From the NCBI GenBank assembly GCA_048938105.1, contig JBHLMN010000018.1, positions 32,001 to 96,000 of the forward strand: a stretch of DNA of 64,000 nucleotides, written 5' to 3'. The notes under the pieces are model-generated. The model did no database searches, had not been told where the DNA came from, and saw only the letters and a program-made list of their open reading frames with translations. Position 1 is the first letter of the stretch. The number at the start of each line of letters is the position of its first letter. Below, one piece after another: positions 10,594 to 20,900 of this stretch. This DNA is from Promethearchaeota archaeon. GTDB lineage: Archaea > Asgardarchaeota > Heimdallarchaeia > Hodarchaeales > Hodarchaeaceae. A program made the translations under genes and the position numbers.

Positions 10594-12198
10594 CTAATCC
10601 AATTCAGCTTCAAACTCACAATATGGATGCCCATTTGCTTGACATTTTGTCTCGCGAACAATAATTTCATCTTCAACTAATAGGTTTAACCTACCATTAA
10701 GAAACCCTGCCATGAAATCGTCCAAAGTGTTAATTTTAGTTGGTTTTTCGATTCCTGGGAAAAGAGCAGAGAGATCCACAGTAGAGAGGTCAATTCCTGA
10801 AGTGGCTGCACTTTCCCAGATTTTAAAAACAGCAGATTCATCATCGATAACTTCAACAGTAGCCACACCATGAATCCGAGATAATAACCGTCCTGGTGTG
10901 TTTAAATAATAGCCAAGTAATTCGCAGGCTTGAGGAAATTCCGCTGGGGGTAAGTATTCTTCACCATCAAGATTTCGTTGAGATACGATCCTACTGATAC
11001 TTCCGACATCTTCTAGCATTTGACCATAGCTTTGACCCGCATAAGCTAATAATGTGGAATTGAATGGATCAGAAAATTTTACAGAGGTAATGATGTGCTG
11101 CAAGACTGAGATATGACAATAATCTCCAATACCTGGTCTCATTTGCCTACGATTAAGGATCGAATCAAACATATTTCGAGAAATGGTTGATAAGGAAACA
11201 TCAAACCGTAAGCGGTCATCATCACTGAAGAATTCCTTAGATTTAACCTTAGAGGGACTATAATGGTCAGACTCCTCGCCCAATCGTATATCAAATTCAC
11301 AGTAATCGTCTCCTAACCCCCAGCATTTTGTCTCCTCAACACTCGCTTTCTCACCTAATGTTACCTCCAAGAGGCCTGCAATTTCTCCAGATATAAATCC
11401 ACAAACATCTTGTCCAATATCAGAGTTCATCACTGCGAGTCCAGAATCTTTAATTTGTAATCGAGCATGATAAGGTGCAATTTGTGTAATATGAACTTCA
11501 GAGGCTATATTAGTTGCACCAGGATTTGGTCCATAAAGAATACGAAAACCCTTCAGCATTTCAGTAAATCGGGATTTCATTCTGTGTGTTTCCATAATCT
11601 TGGGATTATATCTATGGATCCATGATTGAGCTGACCCGAATTTTCCCGCTAGTTCTCCTGAACGAAATAAGTATGACTTGGCACTTGGATTAATAGCTAA
11701 TAAAGAAGTAACAATGGATTGAAGATGTCCTATGTGAACGTAATCGCCAACTGAAGGACGAGTCACTGATTCAAGTTCATCCTCATTTAATATCCTTTCT
11801 GAAACACTGATGATTGATAATTTCCGCCATCGATCAATCAATTGAGACGATTCACTTGCTTTAACCCCCGCCTCGATCAATTTATTAAATAAAAAGTTGA
11901 ATAAATCATACTGATCTGGTGAAAACATATTTGTAGCATCAGTAGTTTCAGTAGTAAAGCTGGAGAACATTGATGCTGCCTGAGTTGCAGAGAGAATAAC
12001 CTCATCATCATAGAGAACATGAGGGACGTTGCGGACACCATATTTACTCGCAATATCACGGTTTTCATCTGTATCAATAATAGTTAAACTCGCCCCGCCT
12101 TGAGAAGTATCTTCAATTCGCTTTAAATGTCGTGCAACTGGCTTACAGGCTGCACAATGAGGCCCCTTGAATAGAATAATTTTGATAGGTTCTGTCAT
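10594..12198 (-). CDS. Thioredoxin domain fused to two tandem V4R domains
   Basis: N-terminal CAAC and VP; V4R signatures CGFISGEIAG..EETKCWGLGDDYCEF and FMAGFLNG..ETKCQANGHPYCEF; internal repeat RPSVGDYVHIGHLQ / RPGIGDYCHISVLQ. Confidence 0.85.
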   Translation of the reverse strand: MTEPIKIILFKGPHCAACKPVARHLKRIEDTSQGGASLTIIDTDENRDIASKYGVRNVPHVLYDDEVILSATQAASMFSSFTTETTDATNMFSPDQYDLFNFLFNKLIEAGVKASESSQLIDRWRKLSIISVSERILNEDELESVTRPSVGDYVHIGHLQSIVTSLLAINPSAKSYLFRSGELAGKFGSAQSWIHRYNPKIMETHRMKSRFTEMLKGFRILYGPNPGATNIASEVHITQIAPYHARLQIKDSGLAVMNSDIGQDVCGFISGEIAGLLEVTLGEKASVEETKCWGLGDDYCEFDIRLGEESDHYSPSKVKSKEFFSDDDRLRFDVSLSTISRNMFDSILNRRQMRPGIGDYCHISVLQHIITSVKFSDPFNSTLLAYAGQSYGQMLEDVGSISRIVSQRNLDGEEYLPPAEFPQACELLGYYLNTPGRLLSRIHGVATVEVIDDESAVFKIWESAATSGIDLSTVDLSALFPGIEKPTKINTLDDFMAGFLNGRLNLLVEDEIIVRETKCQANGHPYCEFEAELD

Positions 12199-12676
12199 GT
12201 TTCCTATGACTCCATTTTTCCTATTTAGCGGGTTTAGAGTCCTTTATTTATTAAGAGTAACAACTAAGATTACAAAACAATCTTTTATATATTATACCAT
12301 CGATTTGATTCAAACCCTTTTCATACGAAAACAACCGTAAATTATCAGATGTGGCTCTTCAGGAGGTTATTCTCTGCTTTATTGTTGTCATTTCTCCATC
12401 CTCTTGACTTTTGTTCTTATTTCTTGTATATGTTCGCTATAAAAGAATCTTAGATCTTTTTCAATTAATCTCCTTTCGAAATTTCTTCCATTCAATCATA
12501 TGAATTTTATGTTCAATACCATTACGCTAATAACCAAAATAATTAAGATACCTTCATTGTTGATTACTTATTTATCACATTAGGGGATGTACCCTTCATT
12601 TTTTGATTTGATATACTAACAATCTCTCTAGTTAACTTGAAGAAAGAAAGAAATGATATAATTACCTGATTCTCAT

Positions 12677-13060
12677 ATGATTAATGCAACTCAAGAACTT
12701 AGTTCAAGAAACAAAGAATTAGATGTAATTCTTGAAAATTATTTGAAAAAAACCTCTTCTATCCAAGCTATCACCGTTGTAAGCCCAAATGGCCTTCCTA
12801 TAGCATCTAGCTCTGATGAAAATGAAGTAGTCATCGCTGCGATGACTGCTGCGAGCCAAGCATTATCAGAACGTGTTTTAACAGAATTAGATAGGGGAGA
12901 TATGCAAGAAATCATGCTTTCAGGAAAAAATGGTTTTGTAGTCATACTGAATGCAGGAGAGAATGCTGTTGTTAGTTTTACTGCTAAGGATTTCAAAAGC
13001 ATAGGATTGGTGCGGGTCTTAGCAAAACAACTGGCAAAAATTATTTCTGAAATGGTATAG
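12677..13060 (+). CDS. Roadblock/LC7 (MglB/LAMTOR-like) protein
   Basis: VVSPNGLPIAS, IAAMTAA..LSER...EL.RG....IML.G.NG pattern. Confidence 0.92.
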   Translation: MINATQELSSRNKELDVILENYLKKTSSIQAITVVSPNGLPIASSSDENEVVIAAMTAASQALSERVLTELDRGDMQEIMLSGKNGFVVILNAGENAVVSFTAKDFKSIGLVRVLAKQLAKIISEMV

Positions 13061-13299
13061 TATCATTATGTCTAAAATGTGTTGAGCTTAAGGTGGTATT
13101 GTAAAAAATCCTCTTCTATTGAAAATTGCTCCAAAACTCTTCATAATTCTCAACACGAAATTATTGTCCTTATATTCTGTGTAAAAATAATGATATAAAC
13201 AATTGATCCAATAACCAAAAATTCCGCCTTTCACTATAATAAACTGTCTATTAAATAATTATTCACACAACTTGAAAAAAGAATTCATCAATAGATCTG

Positions 13300-13563
13300 A
13301 TGAGTGACATGTTAGATTTTTTCTCTAACTTCTATGAATGTTCGTTCCAACTGGTACCAATTTCTAAAGGAACCGATTTACTTGAGGATATTTTTGAGCA
13401 AATGAAGGTACAGGTAAAAACTTTCTATCAATTACTACATTGGAAGCGTAATCACCTATTATTTCCTAAACCAACATTAAGTACTGATCAAATTTTTTTT
13501 CTGGGTTCATTCCTCTGTTTTAGAATCTGCTTTACTTTTAACAGGAGTACAAGGCGGGTTTAA
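13300..13563 (+). CDS. Possible small hypothetical protein inside the tnpB element
   Basis: 87-aa ORF whose stop lies 1 bp before the PIN-like gene; no motif. Confidence 0.3.
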   Translation: MSDMLDFFSNFYECSFQLVPISKGTDLLEDIFEQMKVQVKTFYQLLHWKRNHLLFPKPTLSTDQIFFLGSFLCFRICFTFNRSTRRV

Positions 13564-13564
13564 A

Positions 13565-14041
13565 GTGACTCAAAAAGGACCAAAACTCTGTGATTCTTCA
13601 ACTTATAAAGGGAAAAAACAAACACCCCGTCCCCGTCGGGTTCTACTGGACATTGGTTGCGATGATCCTGATCTTATCAAAGCTTTAACTCAACTAGGCT
13701 TGGAAGTTGAACTGGTCTGGCGCCATGCCGTGGATCTCTTGAATTATGAAATTATCGAAATCTGTACAGCCCAACACATTGCTATCTTGGTGTCAACCAA
13801 TAGCCAGTTATTGACTCCCCCAGAAGAATGGCTCACTTATCTCATGCCTCATCGAACAAGGCTCTTTTTTCCGCCTCCGCAATTGTTGCACGACCCGAAA
13901 GGTTTAGCTCAGGCTATCTATGAACGTACTTTTACTCGACTGAAACGAAAACAAGTGGGACAGCTTAATCCACACCATTTACCTCGTAATTCTAGTAAAA
14001 ACGTTACTAATCCCCCTTCAAATAAAATTAACATGGAGTGA
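13565..14041 (+). CDS. PIN-like (DUF5615/Mut7-C-type) domain protein with degenerate acidic site
   Basis: RVLLD....LIKAL..LGLEV.......L.NYEIIEIC.....ILVSTN resembles the 'LLDE..L..G.DV..D.EI..A..RILVT.D' consensus; GTGA overlap with tnpB. Confidence 0.55.
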   Translation: MTQKGPKLCDSSTYKGKKQTPRPRRVLLDIGCDDPDLIKALTQLGLEVELVWRHAVDLLNYEIIEICTAQHIAILVSTNSQLLTPPEEWLTYLMPHRTRLFFPPPQLLHDPKGLAQAIYERTFTRLKRKQVGQLNPHHLPRNSSKNVTNPPSNKINME

Positions 14042-15573
14042 GGAATCTAATGCGACTAACCCTTGAAGCAGCATGGTATCCATCCACAGAACAACATCAA
14101 ATCATTCAGGATCATATGAGACGCTTTCAAATCGTGAAACGCGTCGCATTCAACTGTCTCCTCAAAGGACACGCGAGACAACCAATTGTCACTCGGATTC
14201 GAAAATTAAATCTCCTCTCAAACGCTCGGTATATTCGCTCTGCAATTGAGGAAGCCAAAACAATTATCCAAGCTCAACAACAGCTGGTCTCTCTTTATTG
14301 CAAGGAGAGTGCGTGGAAAGTCCAACAGGCTAATCAACGCTTGAAGGACTACCAACAAACCTTGAATCAAAAACAAAAACCTTTCACGAAAAAACAATAT
14401 CAAAAACTCAAAGGACTACATACTTATTTCCAAAAGACCCAGTCTCTCCAGATGAAATGGCAAACTCATAGAAAAAATAAGACTATTCCTTCAATAGTAT
14501 TTGGAGGCAAACAAAATCTTCACCTATACCAACAAGGAAAAATATCCAAAGAGGAGTGGACTAAAAGACGGAACAATGGCATTTATTGTGTGGGTGAAAA
14601 AAACAAGCGAGGCAACGCCAACTTACGTCTTCATTATGATCCTCTTACCGACACATTCACTTTTTCGATGCTATTAGATCGTGGCCAAAGAAATGAGCGA
14701 TTGAGGGCTTTTTTATTTATCCCAATCAAGTATGAAACACTTTTTCGACGATTAACCTATAGTGAAGAGAAATACACTGTTCGTGTTTTGTACTCCACTA
14801 ATAGGACTTTTTTTCGAGTATTGGTTACATTAGATCTTTCAACCGAAATCATATCAAATAATAATGGGATAGCTGGAATAGATCTTAATCCTTCAGGGAT
14901 TGCGATCACTTTAATCTATCCTAATGGAAATTATCGCTGTTCAAGATGGTTTTTCTGCTCTGAACTAGTATATGCCCGAAAAGAGAAGCGTGACTGGTTG
15001 ATCGGTAATCTTGTGAAAAAAGCTCTCAATTGGATTACTTCGTATAAGTTGAATACTCTCACTTTAGAAGATTTGACATTTTATAAGCAGTTTGGATCAA
15101 ATAAAAGGTTTAATCGAATCAAAACAAACTTTGTTCACAAAAAATTACTTCAGACTATTCAAGCTCAAGCGATAAAACAGAAAATAACACTCAAATTGAT
15201 TAATCCAGCCTATACTTCAATTCTTGGCAAGATAAAATATCAACGCTGTTATGGTCTGAATATTCACCAGGCTGCTGCTTTAGTCATTGCCCGTCGCAGT
15301 CTGGGTTTAAATGAAAAACTTTATGCTCACATCAATGGGAAACGGCTGGTGTTGGTTGTTCCACCGATGGAAGGATGGACAAGCAAACAGATCCACCGTT
15401 TATCCCGTGAGATAGATGAGTTCACGGCTCACCTGGGTAATTCAACGAGTAAAGTGTCGGTTAGTTTACCCCGACTAATTACTCGGCGCCAAGGCTCAGG
15501 AGGCGGGATAGTCCCCCGCGATCACACCCCTACTCCAGGTAAGGGTGCACCAGTTCTCAAGACTGGTGTTTAG
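14038..15573 (+). CDS. tnpB: TnpB-related RNA-guided nuclease (long, Zn-finger-less clade with HxAAA at RuvC-III)
   Basis: RuvC-I GIDLN, RuvC-II LEDL, INPAYTS..G..KY...G..IHQAAALVIARR; also FGGK and GNANLR segments typical of this clade. Confidence 0.9.
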   Translation: MRNLMRLTLEAAWYPSTEQHQIIQDHMRRFQIVKRVAFNCLLKGHARQPIVTRIRKLNLLSNARYIRSAIEEAKTIIQAQQQLVSLYCKESAWKVQQANQRLKDYQQTLNQKQKPFTKKQYQKLKGLHTYFQKTQSLQMKWQTHRKNKTIPSIVFGGKQNLHLYQQGKISKEEWTKRRNNGIYCVGEKNKRGNANLRLHYDPLTDTFTFSMLLDRGQRNERLRAFLFIPIKYETLFRRLTYSEEKYTVRVLYSTNRTFFRVLVTLDLSTEIISNNNGIAGIDLNPSGIAITLIYPNGNYRCSRWFFCSELVYARKEKRDWLIGNLVKKALNWITSYKLNTLTLEDLTFYKQFGSNKRFNRIKTNFVHKKLLQTIQAQAIKQKITLKLINPAYTSILGKIKYQRCYGLNIHQAAALVIARRSLGLNEKLYAHINGKRLVLVVPPMEGWTSKQIHRLSREIDEFTAHLGNSTSKVSVSLPRLITRRQGSGGGIVPRDHTPTPGKGAPVLKTGV

Positions 15574-15653
15574 CATAATTCCTGATCAACTCTTCATAAA
15601 ATGTCTAGATTTGCAGAGGATTTATGTACCTGGTATTGTAACACTACCTTGTT
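15430..15653 (+). ncRNA. Putative TnpB omega-RNA (scaffold ends at 15633, guide from 15634)
   Basis: GC-rich paired segments: CGAGTAA/TTACTCG, GCGGG/CCCGC, CACCC/GGGTG, CACCAGT/ACTGGTG. Loop CCAGGTA (15535-15541) is complementary to TACCTGG (15627-15633), giving a terminal pseudoknot. The 5' boundary is approximate. Confidence 0.7.
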
Positions 15654-15735
15654 AAAAGGAAATCTTCTAAAAAGAACAACCTGATTACCGTTTTTTAGAT
15701 TGAGAATATCGAAAGAAAGACTCTGAGGATATAGA

Positions 15736-16464
15736 ATGAGGATCGAGCAATTTGCAAGCATATATCTAGAGTTTAATAAACCTGTGGTATTAGAGGTCTA
15801 TCAGGGTTATCTTATTGCTGGACAGATAAAAAGTAGGGCACCACGTTGTTTTTGGATCAATAAACAAAACATTGAGGGGATTGCAGAATTAGCTAAGATC
15901 GTAGCAATCGAATCTGCCTTTCATGGCCTTCTTTCACTAATCCCAGGAGGATCATTTGCTTATCGTTTGATAAAGGATCAAATTGGTTATCCCCCTCGTT
16001 TTAATGTAATATTCGAACCAAGATATTACACTGTTACATATAGCACCATCACTTTGGATCAAAAAGGAGATAATAAAGGTATAGTTGATGGTCTTGTTCA
16101 TGGTATTGACAGTGTGGCAAAAATGGCCCTTAAAACAGGTAGTAAACTGCAAGAAACGATTGTTGAATTAATAACAAAAGAAAAATCAAATACTATACCG
16201 AGTGATGATATCTTAGGATTTACTTATATAAGATTTGATGATGTGACAACTGCTATTCGTAATAAAATCGTAGAAAAACGTTTATCTGAAACAAAATCTA
16301 CTTCAGCAAGGTTGGCAAAGAGTACAATGGCTGATATTGTTCCTCCAGTTGTCGTTAGTTTCAAAACCACAGCCAATGAGGAAGCAATGAATTTTCTCAG
16401 TCATTTACATCAATTAGGTTTTAAAGTTAATTTTTCTAAATCCATTGTTGATGCAAACAAATAA
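15736..16464 (+). CDS. Hypothetical protein (242 aa)
   Basis: ORF with upstream GAGGA; no motif recognised. Confidence 0.65.
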   Translation: MRIEQFASIYLEFNKPVVLEVYQGYLIAGQIKSRAPRCFWINKQNIEGIAELAKIVAIESAFHGLLSLIPGGSFAYRLIKDQIGYPPRFNVIFEPRYYTVTYSTITLDQKGDNKGIVDGLVHGIDSVAKMALKTGSKLQETIVELITKEKSNTIPSDDILGFTYIRFDDVTTAIRNKIVEKRLSETKSTSARLAKSTMADIVPPVVVSFKTTANEEAMNFLSHLHQLGFKVNFSKSIVDANK

Positions 16465-16519
16465 GGCTTAAAGTTTGCACATCAACACAAAGAAGAACAT
16501 TGTAAGGAATAACTGAGAA

Positions 16520-17821
16520 TTGAACATTTACTATGACACTATCATCGTTGGGGCTGGTATTTCTGGAGCAACTCTTGCCCATGATTTAACAAAAGCAGGT
16601 CAACAAGTATTGCTACTTGAAAAAGGTGGTAATCATCGTTTTCTAGGCAATCATTTAGCTATTATTAGAATAGCAGACAGAAAGGGTTTTCGTTACACTA
16701 AAGAGCATTTAATGGTTGCTTCAGGAGTTACAGTTGGTGGATCATCTGTAATCAGTGCTGGAACTGCATTTCGGCCGCCTCGTTATTATTTTAAGCCTTG
16801 GAACGTAGATATTGAACGAGAGCTGGATCAGGCAGAAAAAGATTCGAAAATGACTATTATTCCAGATGATTTGATTGGAAAAGGAAATCTTAATCTTTTA
16901 GAAGCAGGAAATCGGATTGGTCATGAATGGATTCGATTACCAAAATTTATTGACCTTTCTAAATGTGTTCCAAACTGTTCAGCCTGTATGTTAGGCTGTA
17001 AACGAAAAGCAAAATTCACTGCTCGAAGTTTAATCGAAGAAGCAAAATCTCAAGGATTACAGATGCAGAAAAAAGAAGTTGAACGTGTGGCTATTGAAGG
17101 TAGCAAAGCTATCGGAGTCAAACCTAAAGGGGGACACATAATAAAAGCGGATCGAATAATTATTTCTGGAGGGGGTATCCATTCACCAATAATATTGCAA
17201 AAATCAGGAATTGATAACGCAGGGCAGGGATTTTTCATGGATCCCATGGTTTTTACTTATGGTGTGGCTGCTGAAAAAAGCCACAGGACAATTCACGATA
17301 TGCCAATGGCTGTTGGTACATATAAATTCTATAAAGATGAGGGAATTCTTCATAGTCCAGTAGTTGATCCATGGGGAATCTTTCTAGTCACTTTCTTATA
17401 TCAAAAAAATCCATTGAAAGTATTGAAATTTCGTCATTATCGTCACCTCATGGGAATTATGTCGAAAATACAGGACACCAAACAAGGTACCCTCACACCT
17501 ACTAGATTTGGTATTAGAATTTCAAAAAAATTGACAGTAGAAGATCACATTCGACTCGATAAAGGTCAATCCATTGCTCGAGAAGTATTAATAGAAGCAG
17601 GATCAAAACCAAAACATATTTTTTCCACTCCTATCCGTGGTGCTCACCCTGGGGGTACAAATAGCATTGGTGAGGTTGTTGATTCTAATCTTCAAACGAA
17701 AATCTCCAATCTTTATGTTTGTGATTCAAGTATCCTACCCCGATCGTTAGGAGCGCCTTTGGTAATAACACTAATGGCTTTTGCTAAAAGATTAGCAGGA
17801 CGAATTATTAGTGAATCATAG
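16520..17821 (+). CDS. GMC family FAD oxidoreductase
   Basis: GAGISG, VGGSSVI, C..C..C..GC, GGIHSP.IL.KSG, HPGGT, NLYVCDSS..P motifs. Confidence 0.9.
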   Translation: MNIYYDTIIVGAGISGATLAHDLTKAGQQVLLLEKGGNHRFLGNHLAIIRIADRKGFRYTKEHLMVASGVTVGGSSVISAGTAFRPPRYYFKPWNVDIERELDQAEKDSKMTIIPDDLIGKGNLNLLEAGNRIGHEWIRLPKFIDLSKCVPNCSACMLGCKRKAKFTARSLIEEAKSQGLQMQKKEVERVAIEGSKAIGVKPKGGHIIKADRIIISGGGIHSPIILQKSGIDNAGQGFFMDPMVFTYGVAAEKSHRTIHDMPMAVGTYKFYKDEGILHSPVVDPWGIFLVTFLYQKNPLKVLKFRHYRHLMGIMSKIQDTKQGTLTPTRFGIRISKKLTVEDHIRLDKGQSIAREVLIEAGSKPKHIFSTPIRGAHPGGTNSIGEVVDSNLQTKISNLYVCDSSILPRSLGAPLVITLMAFAKRLAGRIISES

Positions 17822-17986
17822 GATCTTATCCCTTTAAATCGTAAGAAATAAGATTACTTCTACTATTTCATTTTCTTTAAAAAAGAGACTGCAGCCTCCC
17901 CAGTGTTTATTGTTACCTCTAATATTGTCAGTTCTTTGTTCTTTTTCATTATATTACTGTAGGAATTGGTTTTACTTTCGTTTAAA

Positions 17987-20900
17987 TTATTCCTCTTCAC
18001 CAAGTAATTCTGTTGTTCCATAAATGTTTTGATAAGATAGAACAATAGTAGAAACAAATTTTCTTATTTCGAAGGCTGATTTTTGGATTTTTTCCTTTTT
18101 TGAGGGATCTTTATCCATAATCACATGAAAGGAGTGTACTTGATCTTGTATTTCATCTTGAAATTGGTTTAACAATGGAAATACGTTTTTATGAATTAAA
18201 ATATTGAGTGTGAGATTCTCTTGGCCTCCACGAGCTTCAGGCCTTTCTACTGCAAATCCGAAAGACAGTACACTAGTTCTTATACCCTCAGCTAAAATAA
18301 AATCGAAGTTAGATGGAATTTCCTCGTCAAAATTTTGGCCAAATCCAGTCCCACCAAAAGAGCGGTCTGAAAGTTCTACAAGTTTCGAATAATTATCCTT
18401 TAACAGCTCGGGTAATATGATAATAGGGATGGGCCCATGCCTCTGGTCAAAGAAAGAAACAATAACACCGAGTGTGTGGTTATCTAGAGAGTTTATTACT
18501 TCATTAGGATTGATATCAGCGATTTTTTGTAGTACAAGTTCTTTATCTAAACCTACAAGCTCTGGTTTGCGTATGAACTTGATATAAACGATTGAACCAA
18601 CGAAAATCACAAATATAATAACACCTGCAATTAAAAGAACCCATTGAGGCAAGCCAGGTGATTGGAATCTGAAAGTTTGATCAGGTAATCCTGTATTATC
18701 AAAGGCATACTCATTAATATTTCCATCACCATCTCTAGTCGATATCCGATAGTGAATTTCAATATCTGATTGGTTATGCTGGAAATCTACTGTTACTGAA
18801 TATAAAAAGACATTATCAGATTTATTTTGAAAGATCATTTTAGAATGATGCAGTTCTGTTTGCAGAACAGTAGCCCCAAGTCCAGCAGTACCTTCAGTTT
18901 CGCTTACAGGTACGAAATAATAGAAAAGTATAACTTCTGAGATATTTGAGCCAAATTCTTCCACTTCTGCATAAAAAATAAGACTAGTGGGATCATACTC
19001 ATCATCCTTTATGAACCAAGCATCAATGACTCGTGGAGGAGATTTATCCAACAGAGTAAAAATATAATCCTTCTCATTAGTAATATAAAAAACATCAGAA
19101 TATTCAACAGTAGTTCTGACTGTAATTCTCATTGTTGCATTTGTATTAAGAAATGCAAAATCATGTAGCGTATAAGGTAGAATCCAATAACCAGTAGCAT
19201 TAGGAAAGTTTGTTATCGTATTCACAATTGGTACAGTGGACTTGTTCAGAAAAATTTCAAACCTAACATCAACAATCTGATTATCGAGAGAATCATGTGC
19301 TTTTACAGCAAATTGATATAAGCCTTCTGATTCTGTGTAAATATACGAAACAAACTCTTGAATTGCTGGGCGACTTTCAATGAATATTGACATGCTAATT
19401 AATGATCCATTATCGAATCCATCAAAAGGTCGAATCTGCACAGTCCAATTTTGACCAGGATGAGTTTGATCTTGAGGAATCAACCTCAGATTGTCATATT
19501 GCGATTGATATGAACCATTAACGTACCAATTAAAGAAAGATAAGTCACTATCTCCTAGATCGATATCTAAGAGCGTTAAACTTACATTAATATCTTCATC
19601 TTCAATCAGGAAATCTGGAAATTCATTTCCAACTAGCTTAAGTATTTTAATCTCAGGAGCTTTATTCACAATAAAAATTTCTTGTGAACTATAATTCAAT
19701 GACCAATTTTCACCGTCATCAGTGATTTGGACACGAGCGAACCATGATTCGCCCTTTGAAATCTCCGTAGCTGGAATTTCTTCCCAATTATCGTATTCAG
19801 GTTGATAAGTACCGTTTTTGAACCAATAAATGAAGGTATATTGCCATAATATGGGATCTTGATCTGGATCTGTGTTGTTAATATCTTGAATGGGATCAAG
19901 GATTAAGCTTGTGTCTGCATAAGTTTGAGTCGCATTCTTGTTACTACTCCATATTGTAACTTCTGTAATAATCGGAGGACTATTTAAGATAGTAATCGGA
20001 TCAGAAGTATATATGATGCTATAATCAAAACCATCAAAAACTTGTATCTCGATTCTCCAACTATCCCCTTTAGTAGTATTTATAGCAGGAATCATAGTAG
20101 AATTTTCAAACTTATCTTGCTCTATTCCCTTGTTGAACCACTTAATAAAGGCTACATAGGAGTCTACAGGGTCGTCATCTTCGTCAAAAAAATCCCAAGA
20201 TATGTTTAAAGAATCAACTGTATATGCAGGAAGGTCTAATCCGTTTGGTTGGATTTTTACATCATATACAATAGGTAATGAGTTAACAATAATAATATTT
20301 GAGCTAATGTTTGGTTCTATTCCCCAATTTATACCATCAAAAGGTTGAACATAGACAGAAATATTATCCCCTCTAGAGAAGGTATTACAAGAAAGACGGA
20401 TTCGTACATGAATCTGATTTCCAATTTGATCAAAATCTATTATAGTTCCATTTTCTGTGTCTGGGATAGGGGTACTATTATTGTACCATAAAATTAGTGT
20501 TTCTGACAGAGTAATATTATCTCCATCATAATCAAAATAAATAAACATTAAATCTAAGTCCATATCCGATTTTGTTTCTAGGTTAACCTCATAGAATTCA
20601 GTAATTATGGGAGGACTATTATTTATTATAATAGCAGGTGAAGTTACCCAGTCACCAAAATCGCCCCAACGATCACGTGGCCTAACACTAACGTTCCAAA
20701 TGTCTCCACGGGATAAATAGCTAATTGGTACAAAAAATGATGATATTTCTTCCACTAAAGTCCCATTTCTAAACCATTTATATTCAGCATCAGTGACTAA
20801 ACCATTTTCATCATATTCAATATCATAAAGGGCATTACTTTCCCCGGAATCGGGATCCAAAGTAGTATAATTGACATAAAGGACTTTAGAGGCATAAAAA

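Larger units (their letters stand above)
13097..15633 (+). mobile_element. Non-autonomous IS607-like tnpB element with a PIN-like cargo gene and no transposase
   Basis: 11-bp direct repeat TGGTATTGTAA at 13094-13104 and 15631-15641 containing a GG core; 9-bp subterminal inverted repeat AAATCCTCT (13106-13114) / AGAGGATTT (15615-15623); removing the element restores an imperfect palindrome AAGGTGGT-ATTGTAAC-ACTACCTT. Confidence 0.7.

Noticed and set aside
12340-12600. Short minus-strand coding-like fragments between the Trx-V4R and roadblock genes
   Set aside because: Broken frames with no recognisable homology; cannot be supported as a pseudogene
13300-14041. ORFs upstream of tnpB as TnpA transposase
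   Set aside because: Neither has the HUH/Tyr motif of Y1 transposases nor the YARVS motif of IS607 serine recombinases
14038-15735. TnpB-like gene as a Cas12f/type V CRISPR effector
   Set aside because: No repeat-spacer array or cas genes nearby; the omega-RNA-like 3' structure and IS-type ends explain it
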